Below are positions 62,664 to 64,000 of a stretch of 64,000 nt of DNA, one piece after another; position 1 is the stretch's first letter, and each line of letters starts with the position of its first letter. The stretch is from Felis catus. Taxonomy: Eukaryota. The notes below the pieces were generated by a model, which worked only from the letters and a program-made list of their open reading frames with translations, ran no database searches and was not told the DNA's origin. The stretch covers positions 33,854,001 through 33,918,000 of the forward strand of contig NC_058368.1 in assembly GCF_018350175.1 (NCBI RefSeq), given 5' to 3'. Made by a program: the position numbers and the translations under genes.

Positions 62664-64000
62664 CTGGTTACCAATTAAAGTATAACAGACCACCCCAAAA
62701 CTTAGTGACTTAGAAAGACAAACATTTTATCATATTCTATGATTTTTTGGGTCAAGAATGTAGACAAGGCTTGGCTAGGCAATTCTGCTTGACACAGGTT
62801 TGACCAGAGTCACTTGGTAATATGGTAAAATCTTTGACTGCAAGTAACTTGTCTGTGAGTGTTTCACAAGAGGAGTAAATATTTCTAATAAATGTTAACT
62901 TGATCAATGAGCAATTTCTTGCAATGCGAGTCATGCAACACCAAATGTGACATGTGACATGTGACATGTGTAATGTGACACCAAATGCCACATGATCACA
63001 ACTGAGCCAATGGTCCTCTCTCTGTCATGGCAGGATTGTAGATGATCTCCCATGCTCAGAAACTTGGTCTCAGGCTACAGTGTTTGGCAGAAATCCGTGA
63101 TTTTTCAGAAAGTTGGAAGGTGCCCACTACAGGCACCTAGCATATATTTTGTCATTTCAAAGCACCTACGGACAGTCTTTTGCTTTTCCGTAGAAGAGTA
63201 AGCTTAGGAATGAAGCTTTGCTTCATTCTAGGTCAGGCTGCCTGCAGATATAGACCCTTTCCTTATTGCCATTTACATTAAATACAGTATATGACAAGAG
63301 TTTATTAATACTCTAGTATAGTCAACATCTGTGAGACCGTATGCAATGGCCCTATGCAGAAAAAGATTCCATTGAACCAGTAGATAGTAGTAATTCCATT
63401 AGTGATCGTGAAAGTCGTCCTACACAATAACCTTCCTCTCTCTTGTCTCCCAGCCACAAACGTTTTCAAAGGTAGTGCAGGTTAATTTGCTTATTTTTTT
63501 ATATTTTGTATTTTCATTATTATTTTGTATTATATTACAGAATTGTAATCATTTTTATATGGATATTTTTGGGTTGTGGAACAAATCACCTGTGTTTCCA
63601 TTATTTCTTATGGGGAAGTTTGTTTTGATATACAAGTGCTTTGGATTACAAGCATGTTTCTGGAATGAATTATGCTCACAAGCCAAGGTTTTACTGTATT
63701 TGACTCTGATTGGGCTGCTCTGAAGGTTCCAAGATGGTTTTATTTACATACCTAATGCTTAACAATACACAAATTTAATAATTTATATAACCACAATTCG
63801 AACATGGATGGCTGCGAAGTTCCTTCTCCAGTTAGTCTCTGGGCCTCTCCATATCATTTCTTTGTGAGGGTTTTCAAACCTCATGAAAGCCGTATCAGGA
63901 GGCCAAGAGACTGAGGCTGAAACTTCCAGCTTCTTAAAGATCTGGACTGGCAAGGAGTCACTTTTGGCACACTCTGCTGGTCAAAGCAGTCACAGGCCAG
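62664..64000 (-). mobile_element. MLT1G/H-like LTR split by a Tigger element
   Basis: ATAACAGACCACCCCAAAACTTAGTGACTTAG..; resumes after 63698 with GGTTCCAAGATGG..TGGTCAAAGCAGTCACAGGCCAG. Confidence 0.75.
62823..63696 (+). mobile_element. TcMar-Tigger-type non-autonomous DNA transposon, both ends intact
   Basis: TA|TGGTAAAATCTTTGACTGCAAGTA ... TGCTCACAAGCCAAGGTTTTACTG|TA: imperfect TIRs with TA duplication. Confidence 0.85.

Overview
AT-rich, repeat-dense mammalian DNA from a felid (26 CAN-SINEs, including young cat-type SINEC_Fc copies). I find no intact protein-coding exon, RNA gene or CRISPR array; it looks intergenic or like part of a very long intron. It holds two processed pseudogenes: RBM34 (minus, ~7.6-8.1 kb) and ADAP1/centaurin-alpha1 (plus, ~21.5-22.6 kb). 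Other content: a decayed ERVL gag-pro-pol (0.3-2.6 kb), a near full-length old L1MB with seven nested younger insertions (10-18 kb), many MaLR/ERVL/ERV1 LTRs, L2/MIR/CR1 relics, hAT and Tigger DNA transposons, and microsatellites. The most unusual signal is the ADAP1 retrocopy: frameshifted and only about half identical to its parent protein by eye, yet it is the window's only CpG island, suggesting it is kept unmethylated or exapted. Candidate CTCF/RFX and PBX-PREP elements and recursive-splice-like sites are also noted. Repeat family names and protein identities come from recalled consensus sequences, not database searches.
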